The translations under genes and the position numbers were made by a program. Shown piece after piece: positions 10,462 to 18,699 of a DNA stretch of 64,000 nt. The stretch comes from Patescibacteria group bacterium (lineage in GTDB: Bacteria > Patescibacteriota > SICC01): positions 499,419 through 563,418 of the forward strand of contig JBBDXB010000006.1 in NCBI GenBank assembly GCA_040902515.1, in the 5' to 3' direction. Each line of letters starts with the position of its first letter. The first letter of the stretch is position 1. The notes below the pieces were generated by a model. That model ran no database searches. It saw nothing but the letters and a program-made list of their open reading frames with translations, and was not told where the DNA came from.

Positions 10462-10988
10462 CGCTGGATACGCAGCGCACGCAGAAGATCGTCCCCAGCC
10501 TCTGGTTCGACAAGGAGTGCGAGGAAGCGATCAAGTTCTACGTGGACACGTTCAACGCCGCGCCGGGCAAGCGCGCGGAGTCGCGGATCGTCACGCTCCA
10601 ACGATACCCGGAAGACAAGCAGGTAGGCCCTACGCCCGGCATGGAAGGGAAGGTGCTCACCGCGATCTTCGAGCTGGCCGGCCAGCGGTTCATGGCCCTC
10701 GACGGCGGGCCGATCTTCACGTTCAACGAGAGCGTCTCGTTTTACGTTGAATGCGAGGACCAGGAGGAGGTCGACTACTTCTGGGGCAAGCTCTCCGCGG
10801 TGCCCGAATCGGAACAGTGCGGGTGGCTCAAGGACAAGTACGGCCTGTCCTGGCAGGTCGTACCGAAGCAGCTCGGCGAGCTGATGTCCGATCCCGACAA
10901 GGCGAAGGCCGGCCGGGTGATGGACGCCATGCTCAAGATGAAGAAGATCGACGTCGCAGGGTTGGAGCGGGCGGCTGCGGGGGAGTAA
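10458..10988 (+). CDS. VOC-family protein, PhnB-like (second paralog, ATGA-coupled to the previous gene)
   Basis: PSLWFDKECEEAIKFYVDTF...LKDKYGLSWQV motifs; start overlaps the previous stop. Confidence 0.8.
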   Translation: MTLDTQRTQKIVPSLWFDKECEEAIKFYVDTFNAAPGKRAESRIVTLQRYPEDKQVGPTPGMEGKVLTAIFELAGQRFMALDGGPIFTFNESVSFYVECEDQEEVDYFWGKLSAVPESEQCGWLKDKYGLSWQVVPKQLGELMSDPDKAKAGRVMDAMLKMKKIDVAGLERAAAGE

Positions 10989-10991
10989 GTC

Positions 10992-11594
10992 ATGAGAAGA
11001 CTTGTCGTCCTGAGCTTCGTATCCCTCGACGGCGTCATGCAGGCGCCGGGCGGAAAGGGCGAAGATCCGTCCGGCGGGTTCGACCTGGAGGGCTGGACGG
11101 TCCCGTACTTTGATGAAGCGGCGGGTGAAGAGATGGGAAAGCAGATGGACCCGCCGTTCGACCTGCTCCTCGGCCGGAAGACCTACGACATTTTCGCCGG
11201 TTACTGGCCGCAGCACCCGGAAGGCCTGGGCGGGGTCTTTAACAAAGTCACCAAGTACGTGGTCAGCGCGAAGGACATCGATACCGGTTGGGAGAATACC
11301 GTCCAGATCAAAGACGACGTGCCGGGGAAGATCCGGAAGCTGAAGCAGGGAGACGGCCCGATGCTGCAGGTGCATGGTAGCAGCGGCCTGATCCAGACAC
11401 TGCTGGCGGAAGACCTGGTCGACGAGCTCTGGCTGAAGACCTTCCCGATCACGCTCGGGAAGGGGAAGCGGTTGTTCGGCGAAGGGACCATCCCCGCCGC
11501 GTTCAAGCTGACTGACTCGAAGATGACACCGAGCGGGGTGGTCTTCGCGTCATACGAGCGGGCTGGCGAAGTCGAGACCGGCTCGTTCGACTGA
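10992..11594 (+). CDS. dihydrofolate reductase-family protein (RibD C-terminal domain, YwjB-like)
   Basis: MRRLVVLSFVSLDGVMQAPGG...GRKTYD...LQVHGSSGLIQTLL pattern typical of RibD_C. Confidence 0.8.
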   Translation: MRRLVVLSFVSLDGVMQAPGGKGEDPSGGFDLEGWTVPYFDEAAGEEMGKQMDPPFDLLLGRKTYDIFAGYWPQHPEGLGGVFNKVTKYVVSAKDIDTGWENTVQIKDDVPGKIRKLKQGDGPMLQVHGSSGLIQTLLAEDLVDELWLKTFPITLGKGKRLFGEGTIPAAFKLTDSKMTPSGVVFASYERAGEVETGSFD

Positions 11595-11615
11595 TTGGCG
11601 CGGTAGGATGGAGGT

Positions 11616-11813
11616 ATGACGAAAGAGAAGCATATCCGCGTACCGGTCGGCAGCGGGAAGTCGGTAAAAGGATTCCTGCGCGGACCGCTCGCCAAGCCGC
11701 TCGTGATCTTCGTGCACGGGTTGACCAACGTGAAGCCGAGGATCTGCTTACGAAAGTGTGCGGCGAGGCAGTCGTCCTGTCGCACCCCGGCCAGCCACTC
11801 GTACTGTTTCTAG
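11616..11813 (+). pseudogene. N-terminal remnant of an alpha/beta hydrolase (about 40 conserved aa, then unrelated sequence)
   Basis: PLVIFVHGLT is typical of the start of an alpha/beta hydrolase; the frame then diverges into low-complexity sequence exactly where GC content begins to drop. Confidence 0.4.
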
Positions 11814-11912
11814 TATTGACGTATTTTCCGTTGCCTGCCTCCCGGCTGTCTAGTATGATGCTCTGCCGGTAGATCGTTAATAATCAGCAGACCATAAACG
11901 CGGGGAGAACGC

Positions 11913-12302
11913 ATGGGCATTGAGGCTGGTGACAGAGAAGGCCAACGACTGGTCAGAAAACAGCAAGAAAGGGAGGGGCGCTGGGAGGACCCCGCCGTTC
12001 TCCGTCTAATAGAGAAAGATCAACGGAGACAGATGGAACGACGCCGCAAAAGGAAAAGGGCAGGATTCCCGCCGGAGCCACGCGAAAAAGAAGGGTCAAA
12101 GAGCGAGGTAATTCTGTCCAGTGAGCTGGTTCTCGCGGCTATACTATGGTGGATTTTCCTCGTGGTCGGCCTGACGTTCATAGCGTTGGTCCTGGTATCC
12201 ATCGCAGGATTGTCCGTCGAGAGAGTCGGAGAATCTGTCATTCTTGTCGTGAACGGGATCCTAGCCGCGTTCGGAGTACGGTACCTTGTTTCCCAAAGCT
12301 AG
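11913..12302 (+). CDS. small membrane protein (basic N-terminus, two TM helices)
   Basis: ORF followed by a strong intrinsic terminator. Confidence 0.45.
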   Translation: MGIEAGDREGQRLVRKQQEREGRWEDPAVLRLIEKDQRRQMERRRKRKRAGFPPEPREKEGSKSEVILSSELVLAAILWWIFLVVGLTFIALVLVSIAGLSVERVGESVILVVNGILAAFGVRYLVSQS

Positions 12303-12340
12303 CGGAAGCAGCCCCTGGGCTACCGACGCTTATAAGCACA

Positions 12341-12390
12341 CCCCCTGACCCACCGACGTCCTAACGGACACGGGTCAGGGGGTTCTTTTG
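12341..12390 (+). terminator. rho-independent terminator (11-bp GC stem ccccctgaccc/gggtcaggggg plus TTCTTTT)
   Basis: Seen directly in the sequence. Confidence 0.6.
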
Positions 12391-12554
12391 CATCCCGAGC
12401 CGGGATTTTCAGGAAGCCCTCACGCGCATCAGAGTGTGGCGCGGTGCTCGTGCTGCCGTGGGAACGTAACCCCTCACCATTTCTCGTAGAGATAGGCTCA
12501 AATGGTGGGCAGGGTATGCCTTACACCAGCACCCAGACAAGCATGGTCCGGGTG

Positions 12555-13151
12555 TCATGCCGTACTGCTCAACACCACCCGGTGAACGTTGGTGTCTTCC
12601 AGGTTCTGAGCAGGGCGAACGCCAGACTCTAAGACCTTAAAGGCATGCCCAAGGGTAGAACCAAGTGACTCGGGTCTGATGCCCAGTCCTTTCGCCCAGG
12701 CCGGGGCCTTGTTGCCAGTGGCTTCCAAGAACGTATAGACGACTATCCCTTGCCTGGAGATGAGGCCCGAGAGCGCTTCAAAGTATTCCGTCTGCCGGTC
12801 ACTTTTGATGAACTGGGAAGATAAGAGATCGAGGACGATACCGAATGAGCCGGGCTTGAATCCAGCTTGGCCCAAGTCCGCGATATCCATGGTCTTGAAA
12901 GTCACCGGGGCATCCTTGGGAGCCTGCGTCTGGGCTTTGGAAATGGCGATGTCGGAAATATCTATACCGGTCACCTGATAGCCTTGGCTCGCCAACCAGA
13001 AAGCCTTGTCGCCTTCGCCGGTGCCAATATCAAGCGCTTTCTTGGGTGAGGGGTGGTATCTCGACATCAGGTCAGAGAGCCAGTCATCCACGCCGGACCA
13101 GGGGTGCGGACCCGTCTTTGCATAGACTTCATTCCAGTGCGTGTTTGACAT
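12555..13151 (-). CDS. class I SAM-dependent methyltransferase (TPMT/TehB-like); possible longer start at 13259
   Basis: Motif I LDIGTGEGDKAFWLASQGYQVTGIDIS and post-I acidic motif TFKTMDIADL; the 322-aa ORF in the track would overlap the divergent EamA gene, so the internal Met at 13151 is preferred. Confidence 0.7.
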   Translation of the reverse strand: MSNTHWNEVYAKTGPHPWSGVDDWLSDLMSRYHPSPKKALDIGTGEGDKAFWLASQGYQVTGIDISDIAISKAQTQAPKDAPVTFKTMDIADLGQAGFKPGSFGIVLDLLSSQFIKSDRQTEYFEALSGLISRQGIVVYTFLEATGNKAPAWAKGLGIRPESLGSTLGHAFKVLESGVRPAQNLEDTNVHRVVLSSTA

Positions 13152-13332
13152 AAATAGCTTAACTAACAAATTATTTATCTTCACTATACAGGTTACAAAC
13201 TCCGGAAAACGATGGGCATGCCGCAGTTCCTCAAGGTAGCGTCGGTTTAATGTGTCCATCGGGGTGGGCTCTGAAATCGTGAATTCAAGAAAACCAGGAA
13301 AGGTAATACACTTAAGAAAGCAGTAAGCAGGC

Positions 13333-14250
13333 ATGCGAAAAGACAAAAACAACCTACTGCCGATCCTGGCGCTCATGGCGGCGAGCCTGCTTTGGGGAGT
13401 GGAGATTCCGATGGTCAAGCTGGGCCTGGAAACGTTCCCCGTGACCGTCTTCATGGCTGCGAAGTTCTTGGCCGCCTCCCTGATACTGCTGCCGTTCGCC
13501 ATCCGGACCTGGAAACCGCTCAAAAGAAAAGAACTTGGATTATTGGCCCTGAGTTCGCTGATTTACATCACCTTTGCGGCCCTGGCCATTAACGTCGGCC
13601 TGACGTACGCCCCCAGCATCAACTCAGGTATCATCACCTTGCTCGGACCGCTCCTGTTGTGCGTGCTCTCAGTCAAATTCCTGAAAGAACGCATGAACCT
13701 GAAGACGTTCGCCGGCGTCCTGTTGGCTTTCGCCGGGGCCATGGTCATCGTCGGCAAGCCGTGGGAAGTCTCACTGAGCGGGCAGACGACGTTACTCGGC
13801 AATACGCTTTTCCTGTTGGCGGTATTCGGCTCCGTGGTCGCAACGCTCATCGCCAAACCGGTGCTCAAGAAGACAAGTTCGTACCAAGCCACGTTCATCA
13901 TCCTGTTCGTGGGCATACTGCCGATCGCCGCGTTCTCTCTCACCGAACTGCCGCAACTCGATGTCCGGGAAATCGCCACGAGCGGATACGTTGCTCTCCT
14001 TTACGGGATCTTTGCGATCACGCTCGCCAACTTCTTCCATACCTACGGGTTGAAGTACAGGCAAGCACACCAGGTAGGGATTTTCTCGTATCTCAAGACG
14101 GTCATCCTGATCATCGCCGCCTGGTTCATTCTCGGCGAACGGCCGAGCCAGGAGTTCGTCGTGGGAGCCGCGTTAGTGTTCATAGGCCTCTACCTGGCCG
14201 AGGTGGGCCGGATGCCGCGTCATCTCACGCTTCACCATCATCACCGGTAA
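13333..14250 (+). CDS. EamA/DMT-family transporter (10 TM)
   Basis: Two EamA-like halves with repeated hydrophobic segments; 305 aa. Confidence 0.85.
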   Translation: MRKDKNNLLPILALMAASLLWGVEIPMVKLGLETFPVTVFMAAKFLAASLILLPFAIRTWKPLKRKELGLLALSSLIYITFAALAINVGLTYAPSINSGIITLLGPLLLCVLSVKFLKERMNLKTFAGVLLAFAGAMVIVGKPWEVSLSGQTTLLGNTLFLLAVFGSVVATLIAKPVLKKTSSYQATFIILFVGILPIAAFSLTELPQLDVREIATSGYVALLYGIFAITLANFFHTYGLKYRQAHQVGIFSYLKTVILIIAAWFILGERPSQEFVVGAALVFIGLYLAEVGRMPRHLTLHHHHR

Positions 14251-14271
14251 GCGCACCGCAGTGCTGCAGGG

Positions 14272-14307
14272 CTTGAAAAAGTGCTTCAACTATGCTATTA
14301 TTTCTCA
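14272..14307 (+). promoter_or_regulatory. sigma70-type promoter, TTGAAA-N17-TATTAT
   Basis: -35 at 14272-14277 and -10 at 14295-14300, with the ATG at 14326 downstream. Confidence 0.5.
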
Positions 14308-14325
14308 ATTAACTTGCGAGCAAAC

Positions 14326-14832
14326 ATGAGAAACGAAGGAAATCCGGAAGCAACCGAAGGCATGCGGGGAGATGCTGCGCCGGACGAAGCAGTCAAAGGC
14401 GTGGAAACCGCTTACTTCCACCATGTCCTTACCGTGGAGTCTGGCGAGCCTACCGCCGATGGTGATCCCTGGGGCAAAGCGGAAAGCGAGTTTCCGGCCC
14501 AAGCGGACGGAATCAATCGCCTGAAGACCGTTGCCGATCGTGCCGACCGGATATCAGAAACGTTTCCGGGGATGTATCGCGAACTCGTGCGCACGCAGCA
14601 CTTTTCGGATGTCGAAGATACCATGGCGCAGCGCATGCTGGCCGACGTCCTGATCTCCCGGGCTTGCGAGCACCGCAGTACCCGCAGTCCCGAAGAGATG
14701 GAAGAAGCTGCCGCGGACCTGCGTCGTGAGTTTGACCCTGACGGCGGAGATCCTACCGCCAAGGATATCGTCAAAACCGCGCTCGAAGGGCGGCTTGATC
14801 CCGAGACAGAGCTCGGACCACCCCGGTTCTAA
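14326..14832 (+). CDS. hypothetical acidic protein (168 aa from the ATG at 14326; the track ORF begins at a GTG at 14281 inside the promoter)
   Basis: ORF; start chosen downstream of the promoter. Confidence 0.5.
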   Translation: MRNEGNPEATEGMRGDAAPDEAVKGVETAYFHHVLTVESGEPTADGDPWGKAESEFPAQADGINRLKTVADRADRISETFPGMYRELVRTQHFSDVEDTMAQRMLADVLISRACEHRSTRSPEEMEEAAADLRREFDPDGGDPTAKDIVKTALEGRLDPETELGPPRF

Positions 14833-14907
14833 GAGGAGGGTGCTGAGCGACATTGGCATTTTGACCATAGCGGGTTACGATGCAGTGTCCTCAAACGCAC
14901 TCTTCTT

Positions 14908-15264
14908 ATGCAAGACAGTTCCGTAGAATTCCCAATCTCAGAACGACTTGCCGCTGGTTTAGCCGAAGCGGACGCTGAGTTTACCGTGAACGGGCATGAA
15001 ACCCTGCGCCTCGATCCGAAGCGGCTCCTGGGCGAGGAGCGGGAGTGGGAAGAGGCGGAGATAGCCGAATTGCTCGATTCCGTTGCTACTTTCATGAAGA
15101 TTCCCGGTGACCGGCTTTACGAGGCCTACCGTGAGATGTCGGCACCTGACTGTCCGCACCCCGAGTATAATGTGGGTGCGAACGACACCGATTACCGCTG
15201 GATTCACATCCGTCAGTCCCCGGATGGCCAACCGACTATGTGGTTGGTCGGCGGCACGTTTTAA
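14908..15264 (+). CDS. hypothetical protein (118 aa)
   Basis: ORF with ATG start. Confidence 0.45.
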   Translation: MQDSSVEFPISERLAAGLAEADAEFTVNGHETLRLDPKRLLGEEREWEEAEIAELLDSVATFMKIPGDRLYEAYREMSAPDCPHPEYNVGANDTDYRWIHIRQSPDGQPTMWLVGGTF

Positions 15265-15323
15265 CCGGCCGGGTGCGAAGATCGTGAAGGTAAGGATTGA
15301 GGAGAATGAGAGGAAATGACGGT

Positions 15324-15407
15324 TTACGACTTCGTTGTTAGGCGCTCCAGGGCCGCGGCAATGCGGTTCAGGGCATAAACAACTTGCTGAGCAGTATTTT
15401 CATCCAT
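15324..15407 (-). CDS. 27-aa peptide (MDENTAQQVVYALNRIAAALERLTTKS) with a perfect Shine-Dalgarno (GAAAGGAGGT-N4-ATG)
   Basis: Found by hand translation; below the ORF-track size cutoff; a strong RBS is unusual for a chance ORF. Confidence 0.3.
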   Translation of the reverse strand: MDENTAQQVVYALNRIAAALERLTTKS

Positions 15408-15467
15408 TTTGACCTCCTTTCTGCCAACATCTTACGTTGGGTTCGTAAGAAGGCAACGTGCCAAAAC

Positions 15468-15869
15468 CTACAAGCTCCAAAGCGTAGAAAAAATCAGCAG
15501 AGAACCGACGTAAGCAAAAGTAACTATCATGCCATATTGCTTCATGCGGCGCTTATCTTTGTAGTGACCATCAGTAATCGCCTTTCGCGTGTACCACCAA
15601 AGGTTCAAAAGAAGTACTACATACAAGTAAGTTAAGAAAAGACCAACCCCGAAACGTCCGTGGACGTATGCGGCTCCCGCACCAAGCGCCACAGGAGCAG
15701 CAAATAAAAATAATGGCCTTAAAAATTTGTTGGTTATCTGGGCGGTACTAACGAAAAGGGGAATCGCAGCGTAGGTAACGAAGATTAAGCTTACGAGTGC
15801 AACAAGATAGCTCACGGTACAAGGAAGATTATCCAGACCGTGATCAGTATTCCCACGAACGTGCCCCAC
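15468..15869 (-). CDS. membrane protein (3-4 TM); overlaps the upstream ORF by 58 nt in another frame, so a possible frameshifted continuation
   Basis: Hydrophobic ORF in the low-GC (~42%) region. Confidence 0.45.
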   Translation of the reverse strand: MGHVRGNTDHGLDNLPCTVSYLVALVSLIFVTYAAIPLFVSTAQITNKFLRPLFLFAAPVALGAGAAYVHGRFGVGLFLTYLYVVLLLNLWWYTRKAITDGHYKDKRRMKQYGMIVTFAYVGSLLIFSTLWSL

Positions 15870-16207
15870 ATGGTGGCCATCGGGTGAGCTTCAGTGGGAA
15901 GTTGTTTGACTTGAAATAATGTATACGCCACTACTAGGTATGCTGCATAGGCATACAAGAATCCGGTTTGCATGTCCAAAAGGCCATAAATAACTTTCAC
16001 TACTAACGCCATCAAAGGCAAAGCCGCGATCGGGGCAACGAAAGCGATGATCTCAAGTCCGGTCTTTTTCTTAAGGAGTTTAGTTTCTTGAAGAAGTTTG
16101 AGAGGGATTCCGGGAAAAATAACGAGCAATAGTCCGCCAACAAAAGCGATCGGCATAAAAACGACTGGAAGCAAAGGGATTGAAATCAGAAAAATCAGCC
16201 AATCCAT
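15812..16207 (-). CDS. membrane protein (4 TM)
   Basis: Hydrophobic ORF with a clean ATG. Confidence 0.5.
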   Translation of the reverse strand: MDWLIFLISIPLLPVVFMPIAFVGGLLLVIFPGIPLKLLQETKLLKKKTGLEIIAFVAPIAALPLMALVVKVIYGLLDMQTGFLYAYAAYLVVAYTLFQVKQLPTEAHPMATMWGTFVGILITVWIIFLVP

Positions 16208-16251
16208 GGATTCAACCTAGCAAGCAAAAATTACTGTGGCAAACTAAACTG

Positions 16252-17250
16252 CTAATCTGGCAAAACGCCAAATGGCTTCCATCGCTCAATAGCCGGTGGT
16301 GGATTCTTTATCGATGCCAATTTCAATAATGCTGCTCGAAGAAAACGCCTACCCATGATCCCAAGAACAAGGCATTCAAAAGTAAAGAGATTTCGCGCGG
16401 TTAATTCCATCTGACTTTCATAAAATTTTCGTGAATCCATAGGGGTTATGGCTCCGACAGCAAACGAATCTGTTTGTTTGTAATTTGCACGTATACGCAC
16501 GCGATACATTAAATGAAAAATAGAGGTGCTTGGTAACTTACCGGCAATGCGCTCCTTATCAGCCTTGAGAACATTCTTTCTTCTTTTGCCAGTTGCTGTT
16601 TTGGGTTTCTCATTTCGAATCCAATTACTAAAATCTTCTTCACACTGATCTGCTCTGGTAGTTTTAAGTGATTTTGCGAACACGCCCCAAGCTGTTTCTG
16701 TGCTTCGAGGAACAGTTAAATTGCTAATATCTAGTCCGGCTGTAGTGCCGAGATTTTGATATGTAACTTGATCAATTTGTGGGCATCCGTTGGCGGTTGC
16801 ATTCCAAGGCAGAAGAGCTAAGTCTCGTCTTGAAAGCCTGCCGGTAAGGTCATTTAATACTGATCGGTGACTTGTCGCTTTTGAACCAGCTGCTTTCAAG
16901 TAAGCGCGCCCTGCTGAGAAGACTGCATAATATGCCTGTATTGGTGACCAAACATTTGCATATCGTATAGCAGCGTTAGTCGCTGTTTCTAGCGATTCCG
17001 CCATTAAGAGTTCCGTAGACCAAGCCCCCTGAAGAAGAGAAGCTATTTCCTCTGGTTTGATGTCTGTGGGTCTAGCTTTTGAAGCTCCCGGCTGAGCCGA
17101 TATAAAAGTGGCTTGATCTGTAAAAGTGGGATACTGATCCTTGGCAATCCACAAGAATGCATCGGCGTAATTTTTGTACGTGACAAATGCCTTAGCATCT
17201 TCATCTGGTGGATCGTAAATGTCGCCAGGCGCAATTGTAAGTACAGTCAT
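16252..17250 (-). CDS. hypothetical protein (332 aa), 3' neighbour of the HNH gene
   Basis: Long ORF at ~45% GC; no Walker or other recognisable motif. Confidence 0.6.
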   Translation of the reverse strand: MTVLTIAPGDIYDPPDEDAKAFVTYKNYADAFLWIAKDQYPTFTDQATFISAQPGASKARPTDIKPEEIASLLQGAWSTELLMAESLETATNAAIRYANVWSPIQAYYAVFSAGRAYLKAAGSKATSHRSVLNDLTGRLSRRDLALLPWNATANGCPQIDQVTYQNLGTTAGLDISNLTVPRSTETAWGVFAKSLKTTRADQCEEDFSNWIRNEKPKTATGKRRKNVLKADKERIAGKLPSTSIFHLMYRVRIRANYKQTDSFAVGAITPMDSRKFYESQMELTARNLFTFECLVLGIMGRRFLRAALLKLASIKNPPPAIERWKPFGVLPD

Positions 17251-17256
17251 GTGGCC

Positions 17257-18015
17257 TTAAGCTGATTGCATAATTTCTTGAATGTCTTTTGTTACAAGCA
17301 GGACGCACACTTCCCAGTCTGATCGATTGCCGTTAATTTCGAGTTCGCGACTATAGTTGCCAGCGTAAATCTCATAACCAAGATTACGTAATTTTTTAAG
17401 ATGGTCATTTAGCGTAAAACCTATTCTGACACCCTCCCCAGGACCTAGTTCATCAATAATATCTCCGTAGTCAGTGACATCTTGAAAAAACTGTCCAATA
17501 GTTTCAGCTTCTTTTTTAGTTTCGGGGGCGTCGTTTCTCAATTCACTACTCAACCCGGCTCGAACGTACGAAAGTAGATTAGCGCCAGTGCTGACTTTAT
17601 GGACTTTAAGTTTTTGAGGGGGTTTACCCCAGTTAACTTTGGGGGGCCATGCTTTCTCAATTGGATCTAGCGTCTTATCCACCCACTCTTCGTGTTTCTT
17701 TTTCAATCGGCGAAGTTCTTCTGCTGTGCGATGTTTAACTTGATTATCAATTTCTATGTGATGAGTTGGGCACAGAAGTATTCGGTTCTTATACTGATGC
17801 ACATCGTCATCGGGCAGGGGTTCGTATCTTGGACCATCCGACTTATGAGAAACGATATGGCCTTCCTGCCCCAATACCGCATGTTCATCACCTGCAATAG
17901 TCGGGTCCGCTACTAGCTTAATGTGGCACATTACACATCTGTTGCCAGAATTTCCCCAGAGTAGTTTGCGACTCTTTGCCGAAATTGCCTTAGCCATACA
18001 CAAAGCGTACATCAC
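17257..18015 (-). CDS. HNH endonuclease-domain protein (252 aa)
   Basis: CVMCH...H(x)...N...LLCPTHH arrangement of Cys/His/Asn typical of the HNH beta-beta-alpha-metal motif in the N-terminal 90 aa. Confidence 0.75.
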   Translation of the reverse strand: MMYALCMAKAISAKSRKLLWGNSGNRCVMCHIKLVADPTIAGDEHAVLGQEGHIVSHKSDGPRYEPLPDDDVHQYKNRILLCPTHHIEIDNQVKHRTAEELRRLKKKHEEWVDKTLDPIEKAWPPKVNWGKPPQKLKVHKVSTGANLLSYVRAGLSSELRNDAPETKKEAETIGQFFQDVTDYGDIIDELGPGEGVRIGFTLNDHLKKLRNLGYEIYAGNYSRELEINGNRSDWEVCVLLVTKDIQEIMQSA

Positions 18016-18049
18016 AAAATCCGCCGGACATAAGCCCGCCGGATTTTTA

Positions 18050-18474
18050 TGGTGGAGATGGGGGGAGTCGAACCCCCGTCCGATAAAGACCTGTGAAAGA
18101 CGATCTACCGGCGTAGTCCGCTTTTTGCTGTCAGCTCGCTGGTCGAAAACGGACCAAACCCAGCGAACCCAGTCTCAAACGTGTCTCCGAATTTCCTGAG
18201 ACTAGGGAATCCGGATGAGCCCGGAGTATGACGCGCGGTCCTGCCAGCCGGGCACTGGTAGGCGCACGGTCCGGGGTATTACGCCCGGACGGGAGAGACA
18301 GCCAGGCCGGTGAACGCAGTGCGCACGGAATCCCGTACGTCCTGGTACGCGGCGATAGCCTTCTCTTTGAAGTTGGCAGTTGTAATGCCGTTGAACGCGT
18401 GATTAGCGAGGTGAGCGTTCATCCTCGGCCGGCAGCCTGTCAAGGTACTTCACCGTCGAATCCGGTGCATCCCC
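18050..18474 (-). ncRNA. ssrA: tmRNA (ssrA), about 425 nt
   Basis: Reverse complement begins GGGGAUGCACCGGAUUCGACGG and ends GGACGGGGGUUCGACUCCCCCCAUCUCCACCA, the canonical tmRNA 5' and 3' tRNA-like ends; smpB lies 4 kb away. Confidence 0.85.
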
Positions 18475-18521
18475 GTGCGCGGATTGTACGTCGGTTAGGC
18501 GTGAAAGTCAATGGTCTGAGC

Positions 18522-18550
18522 TTGTAAGAACCGCTACACCATGCTACAAT
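18522..18550 (+). promoter_or_regulatory. promoter TTGTAA-N17-TACAAT
   Basis: -35 at 18522-18527 and -10 at 18545-18550. Confidence 0.45.
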
Positions 18551-18607
18551 ACGGGTGATGTGAGGCCCTGCTGCACAGGAAACCTGCGCTCGAGCAGCCT
18601 GTAGCGA

Positions 18608-18632
18608 GAACCCCGAAAGGGGTTCTTTTTGT
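18608..18632 (+). terminator. rho-independent terminator gaacccc-gaaa-ggggttc plus TTTTT
   Basis: Seen directly; lies about 60 nt downstream of the promoter-proximal region and 70 nt before lysA. Confidence 0.6.
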
Positions 18633-18699
18633 GTTGTCTTTATGCTCGCATGGTAGCTTGCTAAAATGTAAGCGGTGGGCATGATGTCCACCCACCCGG

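Noticed and set aside
10254-11375. 373-aa minus-strand ORF
   Set aside because: Antisense across three co-directional plus-strand genes (PhnB-like x2, RibD-C)
18228-18527. 99-aa plus-strand ORF
   Set aside because: Lies entirely on the tmRNA gene (opposite strand); tmRNA ends are canonical
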